Shown piece by piece: positions 19,153-27,793 of a stretch of 64,000 nucleotides of DNA (the first letter of the stretch is position 1; each line of letters starts with the position of its first letter). This stretch comes from an uncultured Candidatus Peribacteria bacterium (lineage in GTDB: Bacteria > Patescibacteriota > Gracilibacteria > RBG-16-42-10). The notes under the pieces are model-generated. The model was not told the DNA's origin, did no database searches, and saw only the letters and a program-made list of their open reading frames with translations. Location: contig CAZERA010000001.1 in the NCBI GenBank assembly GCA_964514565.1, positions 310,001-374,000 on the forward strand. Direction: 5' to 3'. A program made the translations under genes and the position numbers.

Positions 19153-21135
19153 ATGAGTAAAAAGAAGAAAAAATCAGAGGCAGGTACTTCGATCACGAGT
19201 AAGCCAAAAGCAAAGGTTAAAAAGCAGCACTTAATAAAGATCATCCCAACTGTAGTAGCAGAAAATGCTATCCCTGCTGTGGAAGTTGATCCTATAGCTA
19301 CTGCTTCTGGTAGTGTTTGGTCATGGCTTCAGCCTATTTTGTTTGGCACTGTACTTACTGCAGTTATTTTAGCCGGTATTGTCGGGGGTATTTTCTTTGG
19401 TCTTGAGGCTTATTATCAAGATCGTACTTTGCCTAATACATATGTCGGTTCTATTCCAGTAGGAGGCTTACGCTATGATGATGCTGAAAAGATCATTCGG
19501 GACTCATATCAATCTCTAGCACAGCAGCAACTCACTATTATTGTCGACAACCAGCCTCACCAAATTGGTTTTTTGGAAGCTGGTGTGAGTTTTGATTTTG
19601 ATCGGGTGATGCATGATTTGAGTAGCCATAGTCGTCATGATGTTTGGGCCGCACTAGTATGGCCTAGTCATATTACGCATGGGATGGTGGTAGATAAGGC
19701 AATGCTTACGCATGCTTTGCAAAAAAACATTCCTGATATTGCCATCCTTCCTCGTAATGCCGAGGTGACTATTGCTCATGATGCCAAAGGTAAATCTTAC
19801 TTTGCCATCAAACCAGCAGAAATGCATACCACAGTGAACTTTGATGAAGTAAATACGATGGTTTTTGCCATGCTACAGCGTGGTGATTTGTTGCCAGTAG
19901 TAGCTACTACTTATCTTGGTCAGCCCGCTGTCACCGATGAAAAGGCATATCAAGCTGTGGCTGTAGCCGAGTCTTGGCTCAAAAACAAAGTGACCTTGTC
20001 ATACACACATCAAGCTAAGCGTTTTAATACTGAGATTGCTCCTAGTCAAGATTGGCAGTGGATCTCGTTTGTACCTACTCAAGACAAACTTGTAGTACAA
20101 CTTGCTACTGATAAATGGGATAATTTAATCAAAACAAAAGCAAGCCCCATCATCGAACAAACTCGCCAAGATGTGACCGTTGCTTTACCGGAGAAGGGGA
20201 GTCGCTATGCTCAAGTCTCTGGTCAAGTAGTAGATGGCTACAAGATCGACAATGAAAAGAGTAAAGCCTTGGTTAATCAGGCTCTTTCTGGCTCAGGTGC
20301 TACTACGGCTATTGATTTAGTCGTTGATTATGAGCCAGGTCAGTTTGTTTCTTCGGATGGGAGAGATTTGGGATTAAAAGATTTGCTTGGTACTGGTTAT
20401 TCAAGGTTCATTGGCTCTAGTAATGCTCGTATTTTTAATGTCCATAAAGGCCTAGATATCTTTAATAATATTATTCTTGCTCCAGGCGAGACATTGTCTT
20501 TCAATAGTATGCTGGGTGATGTCACTGTTGCTGCTGGATGGAAAGAAGAATTAGTGATCAAAGAAGGTGGAAAGAAGACCGTTCCTGAAGCTGGTGGTGG
20601 ACTGTGTCAGGTTTCTACTACCACTTACCGAGCTTTAATTGAGTCTGGTCTAGAGGTAACTGAGCGTCGGGCTCATAGTTACTTGGTATCGTATTATGTA
20701 GGGGATAATGATCCTCGGTCAGGTATTGATGCCACTATTTATCCAGGTTCCCAGGATTTGGTATTCAAAAACGACACAGCAAACTACATTCTCTTTCAAA
20801 CTGCTATTACTGCTACAGAGGCATTTGTCCGAATTTATGGTACTAGCGATGGTAGAGCTGTGAAATTGGAAGGTCCAATTAAATCTGGGCTCACTAGCCC
20901 AAGTAGTCCTATTTTGGTTCCAACTACTGATTTACCAGCTGGTAAATCTAAAATCACCAAGGCGGCCCACAATGGTCGTACCGTTCGTTGGGAACAATAT
21001 ATTACATATGCTGATGGTAGAGTAGAGAAGAATGACATTGTTTCAATCTACAAAGCTATTCCCGCTGAGGGTTTAATCGGTGTTGCTGCTGCTTCACCAG
21101 CTAATTCTCTACCTGAAGGTACTATTGCTCTCTAG
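19153..21135 (+). CDS. VanW-family protein with a YoaR-like peptidoglycan-binding region
   Basis: TM helix; LAPGETLSFN, GGGLCQVSTT-x-YRA, ERRAHSY, DATIY..DLVFKNDT. Confidence 0.9.
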   Translation: MSKKKKKSEAGTSITSKPKAKVKKQHLIKIIPTVVAENAIPAVEVDPIATASGSVWSWLQPILFGTVLTAVILAGIVGGIFFGLEAYYQDRTLPNTYVGSIPVGGLRYDDAEKIIRDSYQSLAQQQLTIIVDNQPHQIGFLEAGVSFDFDRVMHDLSSHSRHDVWAALVWPSHITHGMVVDKAMLTHALQKNIPDIAILPRNAEVTIAHDAKGKSYFAIKPAEMHTTVNFDEVNTMVFAMLQRGDLLPVVATTYLGQPAVTDEKAYQAVAVAESWLKNKVTLSYTHQAKRFNTEIAPSQDWQWISFVPTQDKLVVQLATDKWDNLIKTKASPIIEQTRQDVTVALPEKGSRYAQVSGQVVDGYKIDNEKSKALVNQALSGSGATTAIDLVVDYEPGQFVSSDGRDLGLKDLLGTGYSRFIGSSNARIFNVHKGLDIFNNIILAPGETLSFNSMLGDVTVAAGWKEELVIKEGGKKTVPEAGGGLCQVSTTTYRALIESGLEVTERRAHSYLVSYYVGDNDPRSGIDATIYPGSQDLVFKNDTANYILFQTAITATEAFVRIYGTSDGRAVKLEGPIKSGLTSPSSPILVPTTDLPAGKSKITKAAHNGRTVRWEQYITYADGRVEKNDIVSIYKAIPAEGLIGVAAASPANSLPEGTIAL

Positions 21136-21647
21136 TGAGGAAGTGATAGGAGGCTTGCCTTCAGCAATTCGCCTACTTTTGGTCCTAATAAAATAAGTGC
21201 GATCAAGGTCAAACCCAAGGCAGCCAAAGGAATAATGGTACTAAGCACCTGTTGGGTATTGGGCTTGCGTTTGTTTTGACGGCTCAATTCCTGTAGGAAA
21301 TAACCCTTTGCTGAGATGTGTGGCGCTTCATTGTGCTGCATATAGCTCATGGTCTTGCGCAAGCACTGCATCAATTCTTGCAATTCATACTCCTCAGCAT
21401 TTTCTCTGCTTATACTATCCAGACTCAATTCCCATTCAGCAAGGCGTTGTTCTAAGACATAAGATTCCGCTTCTTTATCACTGAGAAGAATCTGGTGCAA
21501 GCAGTTATTATTGCTGCAGCGATAAGCCGGTTTGTCGGCTGACTTCTCCCAAAAGGTGATGGAGTTTTCTCGAATAAGCATGAGGGCTCCACAACTGGGA
21601 CACTGCTTCTGAAGTGTGGGGGAGCGATCAATCTGAGAAAATGGCAT
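21132..21647 (-). CDS. Zn-ribbon protein with a C-terminal TM helix
   Basis: CPSCG..YRCSNNNC; hydrophobic C-terminal segment. Confidence 0.6.
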   Translation of the reverse strand: MPFSQIDRSPTLQKQCPSCGALMLIRENSITFWEKSADKPAYRCSNNNCLHQILLSDKEAESYVLEQRLAEWELSLDSISRENAEEYELQELMQCLRKTMSYMQHNEAPHISAKGYFLQELSRQNKRKPNTQQVLSTIIPLAALGLTLIALILLGPKVGELLKASLLSLPH

Positions 21648-21782
21648 GTGTTTGATATTTGATATCACTACTATTATGTAACCTTTACTGGTACTTGTCA
21701 AGAATTAGAAATGTGGTGAACTACTAATGTAGGGTTGTGAAAACTAAGCGAAGTAGTACTCTGATCACACTTAGCTACTATT

Positions 21783-22493
21783 ATGAACAAAGCGCGCTCG
21801 TATGTCGAATATCTAGTGGGGGGGATTAGGGATATTGTGTTTGGTTTAGAGGATGGGCTAGTGTCTACTGTAGGTGTGCTTACAGGCATTGCTAGTGGTA
21901 CCAATGATCACTTTGTAGTGATTCTTTCTGGATTTGTACTAGTTATCGTCGAGGCTCTTTCGATGGGGGTGGGCAGTTTTCTTTCTACCCAATCAGAAAA
22001 AGATATGCAGCAGAGGCGATTTAAAGATCTCAAAACATTGACCAGAGATGATCCAAAGGCGGCTGAAGCTATTTTGGTAAAACACTATCAAGAAATTGGA
22101 CTTACTCCATCGCAAATTAGCGTAGGTTTAAAGTTAGTGGAAACAAATAAAAAGGTCTTTGCTAAACAGCTTGGTGTATTTCATTTGGGGATGGAGACTA
22201 ATTCTGAACCGAAAAACACATGGATCAATGGAGTCTTTATGTTTTTTTCATACATTATAGGTGGTGCTGTGCCAATTTTGCCTTATTTCTTTTTGCCTGT
22301 AGAACCAGCAATTTTGCTGTCATTGCCATTTACGGTAATAGCACTTTTTATGTTGGGCGCTGCCAAGGGGAAATTAACCTATAAAAACTGGTGGAAGAGT
22401 GGATTAGAAATGGCAGTATTATCTTGTTCTGCTGCTTTATTAGGATTTTTAATTGGCAAGTTGGTGTCGTATTGGTGGGGACTACAAGTGTAG
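21783..22493 (+). CDS. VIT1/CCC1 family Fe/Mn transporter
   Basis: RDIVFGLEDGLVS, ALSMGVG, SYIIGG-x-VPILPY. Confidence 0.9.
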   Translation: MNKARSYVEYLVGGIRDIVFGLEDGLVSTVGVLTGIASGTNDHFVVILSGFVLVIVEALSMGVGSFLSTQSEKDMQQRRFKDLKTLTRDDPKAAEAILVKHYQEIGLTPSQISVGLKLVETNKKVFAKQLGVFHLGMETNSEPKNTWINGVFMFFSYIIGGAVPILPYFFLPVEPAILLSLPFTVIALFMLGAAKGKLTYKNWWKSGLEMAVLSCSAALLGFLIGKLVSYWWGLQV

Positions 22494-22521
22494 ATCAGAG
22501 ATACGAGAGCAGAGATCAGAG
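22491..22521. repeat. Degenerate heptamer repeat (TCAGAGA-type)
   Basis: tagatcagagatacgagagcagagatcagag between convergent genes. Confidence 0.5.
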
Positions 22522-22543
22522 TTTTTTTGGGGGGGAAAATTGC

Positions 22544-23602
22544 CTAGGTATTCTTAATGCGTTCAATAGCCCATGCTGCGTGTTCCTTTACTAAGTCAGA
22601 TGGATCGCTGGTTAGGGCAAGTAAGTACGGTAGTAGGTTTGAATCTTTGAGGTTACCAGCAACTACACAAGCATTTCGAATTAGCCCTACTCTTTTGGCT
22701 CTTAGAAATGGCGTGTTGGCAAAATATTTCTTGAATGTTTCTTGATCGGGAATGGTAAGAATCTTAATCAGAAAATCTTTGGAACTAGTGTATTGAGGAT
22801 TAGTTAAATCTGCCTCTATCTGAATATCTGACCATTTTTCAGGCACATAGGCTTTGGCTCGAATATTATGGGGGCAAACGTCTTGGCAAATGTCACAACC
22901 AAAGAGCCATGTACCCACTTTTTTTCGTAGCTCAAGTGGAATCGGACCTTTATTTTCGATTGTTAAATAAGAAATACAAAGTCGACTGTCTAATTCGTAC
23001 TCAGACGTGAGTGCTCCTGTTGGACACGCTGTGAGACATCTAGTACATGAACCACAGCTGCCTTGTGCTTGAACAGGTGAGGATGGTAATTCGGCAGTAG
23101 TAATGATTTCACCTAAAAGTACCCAGGAACCGTATTCTTTCGTAATAAGTGTAGTATTCTTGCCGATAAAACCCATGTGGGACTTACTAGCAAAACTTCG
23201 TTCCATGAGAGGACCATAGTCCACCGCGAAGCGATGATTAGTCTCTTGGAAGCTTTCAGAAAGTGAGGTACATAATTCGGCCAACTTCTGCTCAAATACT
23301 AAATGGTAATCAGGTTTGTTTTGGGCATATTGACCGACTCTAATCTGATCATTAGTGCTGGGTTGTGTTGCATAATTTAAGGCTACCATAATCACACTTT
23401 TGGCCTCAGGTAATATTTGTTCTGGATGACAGCGCTTAGCTGGATCTCGTGCTAAATAAGCCATATTGCCATGATGGTTTTTTTCTAACCATTGTAAAAA
23501 AGCAGCTTGATCTGAAGTCGGCATTTCTGTGTCACAGATCCCGACTAAATCAAAGCCAATTTTTTGCGCACATTGGTAAATGAGATTGACATCAGAGAGC
23601 AT
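22544..23602 (-). CDS. queG: Epoxyqueuosine reductase
   Basis: HGNM-x-YL, DYH, GFIGKN, GSW-x-LLGE, CGSCTRC-x-x-ACPT, CISYLTIE, GCDICQDVCPHN, RNA, HEAT-like C-terminus. Confidence 0.92.
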   Translation of the reverse strand: MLSDVNLIYQCAQKIGFDLVGICDTEMPTSDQAAFLQWLEKNHHGNMAYLARDPAKRCHPEQILPEAKSVIMVALNYATQPSTNDQIRVGQYAQNKPDYHLVFEQKLAELCTSLSESFQETNHRFAVDYGPLMERSFASKSHMGFIGKNTTLITKEYGSWVLLGEIITTAELPSSPVQAQGSCGSCTRCLTACPTGALTSEYELDSRLCISYLTIENKGPIPLELRKKVGTWLFGCDICQDVCPHNIRAKAYVPEKWSDIQIEADLTNPQYTSSKDFLIKILTIPDQETFKKYFANTPFLRAKRVGLIRNACVVAGNLKDSNLLPYLLALTSDPSDLVKEHAAWAIERIKNT

Positions 23603-23658
23603 AATGAAAAACCGCTAAGCTAATCGTCTCTATCCTAGCGATAAATCGTGCATATAAC

Positions 23659-23682
23659 AAAAAAGCCATCCAAGGATGACTT
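23659..23682 (-). terminator. Rho-independent terminator closing the putative long ncRNA
   Basis: Minus strand AAGTCATCC-TT-GGATGGCTTTTTT. Confidence 0.8.
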
Positions 23683-24341
23683 ATTTGTTTTTGTTGTGCC
23701 TCTCCTGTCCTATCAGCGATAGTATCATGTATTGCTGAGACGAGGAGTATGATTTTGTTTGTGAAGACAAGCTAGGGCTCTTGCTTGTATTCGTATCTCT
23801 ACCGCTCTTTGGTATGTTTAGGTCTTCACCTTGACCGTTCCCACCTTCAGTGAAATCTCTAGGAGATGACCCGTTGATGAGCATTAGAATTGGTGCGGCT
23901 CTTAGCCTTGAACCGTATTCGAGTAGTAGAGAAGAGAAAATATTTTTGAGATAAAAGTACTTTCTCTTCTCTGCTGAGGCATAACTGTGATGTGAAAGGG
24001 CAATAATGAGTTGAGGGGACCAAGCTTTGGACTTAGTCCTCAGCTCATTTTGGTTTTTGTTTTCTCGGCAAGCATTTTGGTTTTGGAGTTTTGTTATGGA
24101 TTGCCGAGGCTGCGACGATGTGTGTTATACAAGGCACACATGTGGGGGCCGGATTTCCCGGTTCATCGCTCCAAGAGAGGATCTATCGCAAGACAGTGTG
24201 AAAAATTTCAATTTTTGGTTGGGCTTGGAGATCTTGTCTGATTAGAACGATGAAAAGAAAATCGTGGTTAGAACTTTTTGTTCTATTGTTGTTGTCCGAG
24301 TTGTGAGGGGCGGTGAGTGCTCTGTCTGTTCAACTGAGCTT
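23659..24341 (-). ncRNA. Putative ~680-nt structured non-coding RNA of unknown class
   Basis: Bounded by a promoter and a terminator; at least 10 hairpins with G-U wobbles valid on the minus strand; A/C-rich linkers; no convincing ORF. Confidence 0.7.
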
Positions 24342-24347
24342 CAAATC

Positions 24348-24376
24348 AATATAACCATCCGTTAGTCGATCGTCAA
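24348..24376 (-). promoter_or_regulatory. Sigma70 promoter of the putative ncRNA
   Basis: Minus strand TTGACG-N17-TATATT. Confidence 0.75.
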
Positions 24377-24499
24377 TGATATAGAGCTGTACTTACCATT
24401 AGTCTCATTGTGTAATACTATTTGTTACAATGCATTAGATGTGGTTCTTTTGTTTTGTAGAAGTTATTTACTTGAGATTTTACCTATTACTCTGCTTGT

Positions 24500-24624
24500 G
24501 AGGTAAAAATGAAGAAGTAAGAGGTAAGAAGTGTATGTGCCTGCTCTCCGCAGAGGCGTAGGGACCCCTTTCTGAGCGGCTATTGTGTCCATCAACTTCT
24601 TACCTCTTATCTTTTACTTCTTAC
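24500..24624. repeat. Inverted-repeat element with heptamer arms (GTAAGAG/CTCTTAC), copy 1
   Basis: gaggtaaaaatgaagaagtaagaggtaagaag ... cttcttacctcttatcttttacttcttac; similar to 56116-56235. Confidence 0.65.
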
Positions 24625-24664
24625 TACCTAAGCCTAAGATAGCACCGTACTTAAAGAAAAAACT

Positions 24665-25126
24665 ATGCAGGAATTGTTATTAGAGGGCACAGTGGCTCCT
24701 CAGTTCACCGTACCATCTACTAGTGGCCACGAGGTGAGTCTGGCTGATTTGAAAGGTAAAAAGGTAGTATTGTACTTCTATCCTAAAGATGACACGCCTG
24801 GATGTACTAAAGAGGCTTGTGCTTTTAGAGACAAGACTGAGGAACTCACTGACAAAGGAGCTATTGTACTCGGGGTGAGCCGTGACAGTATTGCTAAGCA
24901 CGATAAATTCCGAGCTAAGTTTCATTTAAACTTTGATTTGCTCAGTGATGAAGCTGGCACAATCTCTGATGCTTATCATGCTTGGGGTGAGAAGAGTATG
25001 TATGGTCGTAAGTATATGGGTATGTTCCGAGTGACGTATGTTATTGATGAGGAAGGTAAGATTCTCAAGGTATTTCCAAAGGTTGATCCTGTGAAGCATG
25101 CAGATCAGATCTTGGCGGTACTATAA
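24665..25126 (+). CDS. bcp: Thioredoxin-dependent thiol peroxidase (BCP/PrxQ)
   Basis: LYFYPKDDTPGCTKEAC-x-FRD. Confidence 0.95.
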   Translation: MQELLLEGTVAPQFTVPSTSGHEVSLADLKGKKVVLYFYPKDDTPGCTKEACAFRDKTEELTDKGAIVLGVSRDSIAKHDKFRAKFHLNFDLLSDEAGTISDAYHAWGEKSMYGRKYMGMFRVTYVIDEEGKILKVFPKVDPVKHADQILAVL

Positions 25127-25135
25127 AGTCGTTTG

Positions 25136-25181
25136 TTATCAAAAAAGCAGCCCTTGCTATCAGAGGCTGCTTTTTTGATAA
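25136..25181. terminator. Bidirectional terminator
   Basis: ttatcaaaaaagcagcc..ggctgcttttttgataa between convergent genes. Confidence 0.9.
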
Positions 25182-25202
25182 CTGCGCGATTTTGCTACTA
25201 AA

Positions 25203-26591
25203 CTAAAGCGTATAGCTCTTTTCTGCTTTAGATACTGTTACTTTTGGTGATACTTTCAGATCTTCTAGCGCGTATTTAATAGCTGTAGCTGATTGTGGCT
25301 CACCATGTACAATGAATATTCCCTTCAATCCTTTGATGGGCTTGATGTAATCAACAATTTCTTGATGATCAGCGTGAGCCGAGAAAGAATTGATGATCTT
25401 TACTTGCGCTCTCAAATGGTATGGCTGTCCAAAGATGCGGACAATGTTATGTCTCTCAGCAATAGCTCTACCCAAGGTGTTCTGTGCCATAAAGCTCACT
25501 ACTAGGATAATATTGTCTGGATTTTCAATTGTGTTCCGTAAATGATGAAGAATGCGGCCACTTTCACACATACCTGATGCTGAGATAATGATCATCGGGC
25601 CCTTTTTGTAATTGAGCTCTTTGGATTCATCAGCTGTATGAATATAGTGTAGACAGCCAAAACCAAATGGATCTTCTTTTTCGTTGAGGAAGCTTTGATA
25701 TGTTTCTTGATCAAAACATTCTGGATGACGACGGAAGATATCGGTAGCATTTACTGCTAATGGGCTATCTACATAGATAGGCAAGCAGGGGATTTTAGCT
25801 TTCTTCTGCAAGAGATTGAGGTGATAAATAATCTCTTGGGTACGTTCTACCGCAAAAGCAGGGATGATAATCTTGCTTCGTTTAGCAATCGCTTCATGAA
25901 TGACTGGTAACAGCTTGTCTTCCACTTCTTGATAGTTGTCATGGAGACGCCCACCATAGGTACTTTCAGTAATTAAATAATCAAGCTCAGTCCATTGGTA
26001 AGGATTTTTGATGATTGGCATACCTTTGCGGCCCAAGTCTCCAGTAAAGCCTAGCTTAGTGATTTTGCCATTTTCATTGATGGTCAGTTCCACTAAAGCA
26101 GAACCTATAATGTGTCCAGCATTGTGTAGTGTAAGACTGACACCAGGACTGATTTCTTTGGCAGTTTCATATGGTAGACCAACAAATAGCTTGCCTACTT
26201 CGATGGCATCATCCTCAGTATAGAGTGGCTCATCATTAACAATGCCAGTGCTTTGTTCGTGCATGTATTCCCAATCTTTTTCTTGAATACGTGCGCTATC
26301 TCGCAACATAATGCTACAAAGATCTGCTGTTGCTAGACTCGTATAGATAGGTCCATGGAATCCCTTTTTGACCACAGTAGGTAAATTACCGCTGTGATCT
26401 ATGTGAGCATGAGACAAAATAATCATGTCTACGTCTTTGAGCTTCTCTGCGTGATCGAGATTTCGGGCAAAGCTATCTGCTCTGCTACCTTGAATCATCC
26501 CGCAGTCCAGCAGAATTTTGACGCCATTGACCTGGAGTAGATGCGCAGAGCCAGTCACTTCTTCAGCTGCGCCAAAAGATGTAATAGTCAT
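25203..26591 (-). CDS. MBL/beta-CASP RNA-processing metallohydrolase (YSH1/CPSF-like)
   Basis: GAAEEVTGS, LLDCG, SHAHIDHSG, AGHIIGS, GDLG, ESTYG, FAVERTQE, SASGM..GR-x-LHH, FSAHAD. Confidence 0.93.
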   Translation of the reverse strand: MTITSFGAAEEVTGSAHLLQVNGVKILLDCGMIQGSRADSFARNLDHAEKLKDVDMIILSHAHIDHSGNLPTVVKKGFHGPIYTSLATADLCSIMLRDSARIQEKDWEYMHEQSTGIVNDEPLYTEDDAIEVGKLFVGLPYETAKEISPGVSLTLHNAGHIIGSALVELTINENGKITKLGFTGDLGRKGMPIIKNPYQWTELDYLITESTYGGRLHDNYQEVEDKLLPVIHEAIAKRSKIIIPAFAVERTQEIIYHLNLLQKKAKIPCLPIYVDSPLAVNATDIFRRHPECFDQETYQSFLNEKEDPFGFGCLHYIHTADESKELNYKKGPMIIISASGMCESGRILHHLRNTIENPDNIILVVSFMAQNTLGRAIAERHNIVRIFGQPYHLRAQVKIINSFSAHADHQEIVDYIKPIKGLKGIFIVHGEPQSATAIKYALEDLKVSPKVTVSKAEKSYTL

Positions 26592-26647
26592 GTTTGTGTT
26601 TATTTATCCTATCATTGTATCATAAAATTGATTGTTTTCTTATATCT

Positions 26648-27583
26648 ATGCTGGATTTAGTCAAAAAGATCGTAGCTAATTTCAAGGAAGCCCAAGAACG
26701 TAAATATGGTGCAGCTGTTTGCGACTTAGAAATCTTTAAAGATAATGCGGAACGAATAGTGCTACGCGGTACAATGTTAGCTAGTAAACAACAAAAGACG
26801 CTGGATCAACTTTTACGTCGCAATCATCTTGATCCTATTTGGGACCTTGTCATATTGGCCGATATGGATGAGCCACCTTTAGGCTGGGCATATGCAGACA
26901 AGACTCCCGTAAACGTGTGGAGCAAAATAATCTCAGCAGAACACTTCAGTTGGTTCCAAGAAAAAACTACAGTAAGAATTGGTACTGATCATAAATCTTG
27001 GACAACAGAAAAGTTTTTTCTGGCAACCCAAGTAGCTGTGAAGGAAGACCCGATCAAACTACTTTGGGAATCAGCAGACTTTTATTGTGTGCAGCTCTTA
27101 GATGGGACGATTGGGTGGGTGCGCAAAGCTGATCTCAATCGTTTCCCAGGCTTTCCGGAGTGGATGCCGCCGGAGGCACGCACTAGTACCAATCAAGAAT
27201 TGCTAGCTTATATGGAGCGATGGTTGGGCGTGCCCTACTTATTAGGTGGTTTAACCACCAAAGGGATTGATTGCTCTGGCCTCATGCAAGTGATCTATCG
27301 TCATCTCTTCAATTACCTCTTACCCCGCCACAGTATGGATCAGCTGGCTGTAGGTATGGTAGTTCAAAACGCGCCACAGTTAGCAGACTTGGCCTTCTTT
27401 GAGCATCACACAGAGGATCACCATACGGTGGGTCATGTGGGATTAGTACTTAAAGATGGCGCCATCTTACACGCTTGTCGTTTTATCAATGGCAAAGTAG
27501 CAATAGATAAACTGCCTACTTTGATTCAGAAAGGATATACCTTTTTGGGGTATAGACACTTTGAGGTAGAAATACTGGGATAG
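26648..27583 (+). CDS. NlpC/P60 (C40) peptidase with an SH3-like domain
   Basis: DGTIGWV; LGVPYLLGG..GIDCSG, LPRHS..Q, GHVG..ILHA; no signal peptide. Confidence 0.9.
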   Translation: MLDLVKKIVANFKEAQERKYGAAVCDLEIFKDNAERIVLRGTMLASKQQKTLDQLLRRNHLDPIWDLVILADMDEPPLGWAYADKTPVNVWSKIISAEHFSWFQEKTTVRIGTDHKSWTTEKFFLATQVAVKEDPIKLLWESADFYCVQLLDGTIGWVRKADLNRFPGFPEWMPPEARTSTNQELLAYMERWLGVPYLLGGLTTKGIDCSGLMQVIYRHLFNYLLPRHSMDQLAVGMVVQNAPQLADLAFFEHHTEDHHTVGHVGLVLKDGAILHACRFINGKVAIDKLPTLIQKGYTFLGYRHFEVEILG

Positions 27584-27793
27584 GTCAGAGATTTCTCGGA
27601 CGGTTCCCTCCCCCTCGCGTCATACCGAACGCTGCAATGAGATTCAGTAGTCACGTCGACCAAAGGGAGAGGTCCGTCGACAATGTAGCCGCTATACAAA
27701 GTCAGCCGTTAATCATCTACTACCCGGATTTGATTTTCTTGAGCCTATTCTGCACTATTCACCTGAATAGTTTCCTACTTTCATCTGAAACTC

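Noticed and set aside
23681..24245. ORFs 23681-23884(-), 24011-24241(+) and 24027-24245(+)
   Set aside because: Short, atypical composition and lying across strong hairpins; better explained as a structured RNA
23659..24341. RNase P, tmRNA, SRP or 6S identity for the long RNA
   Set aside because: GAGGACTAAGTCC only loosely resembles GAGGAAAGUCC and the 3' P4 strand is absent; no tRNA-like ends; too long for SRP or 6S
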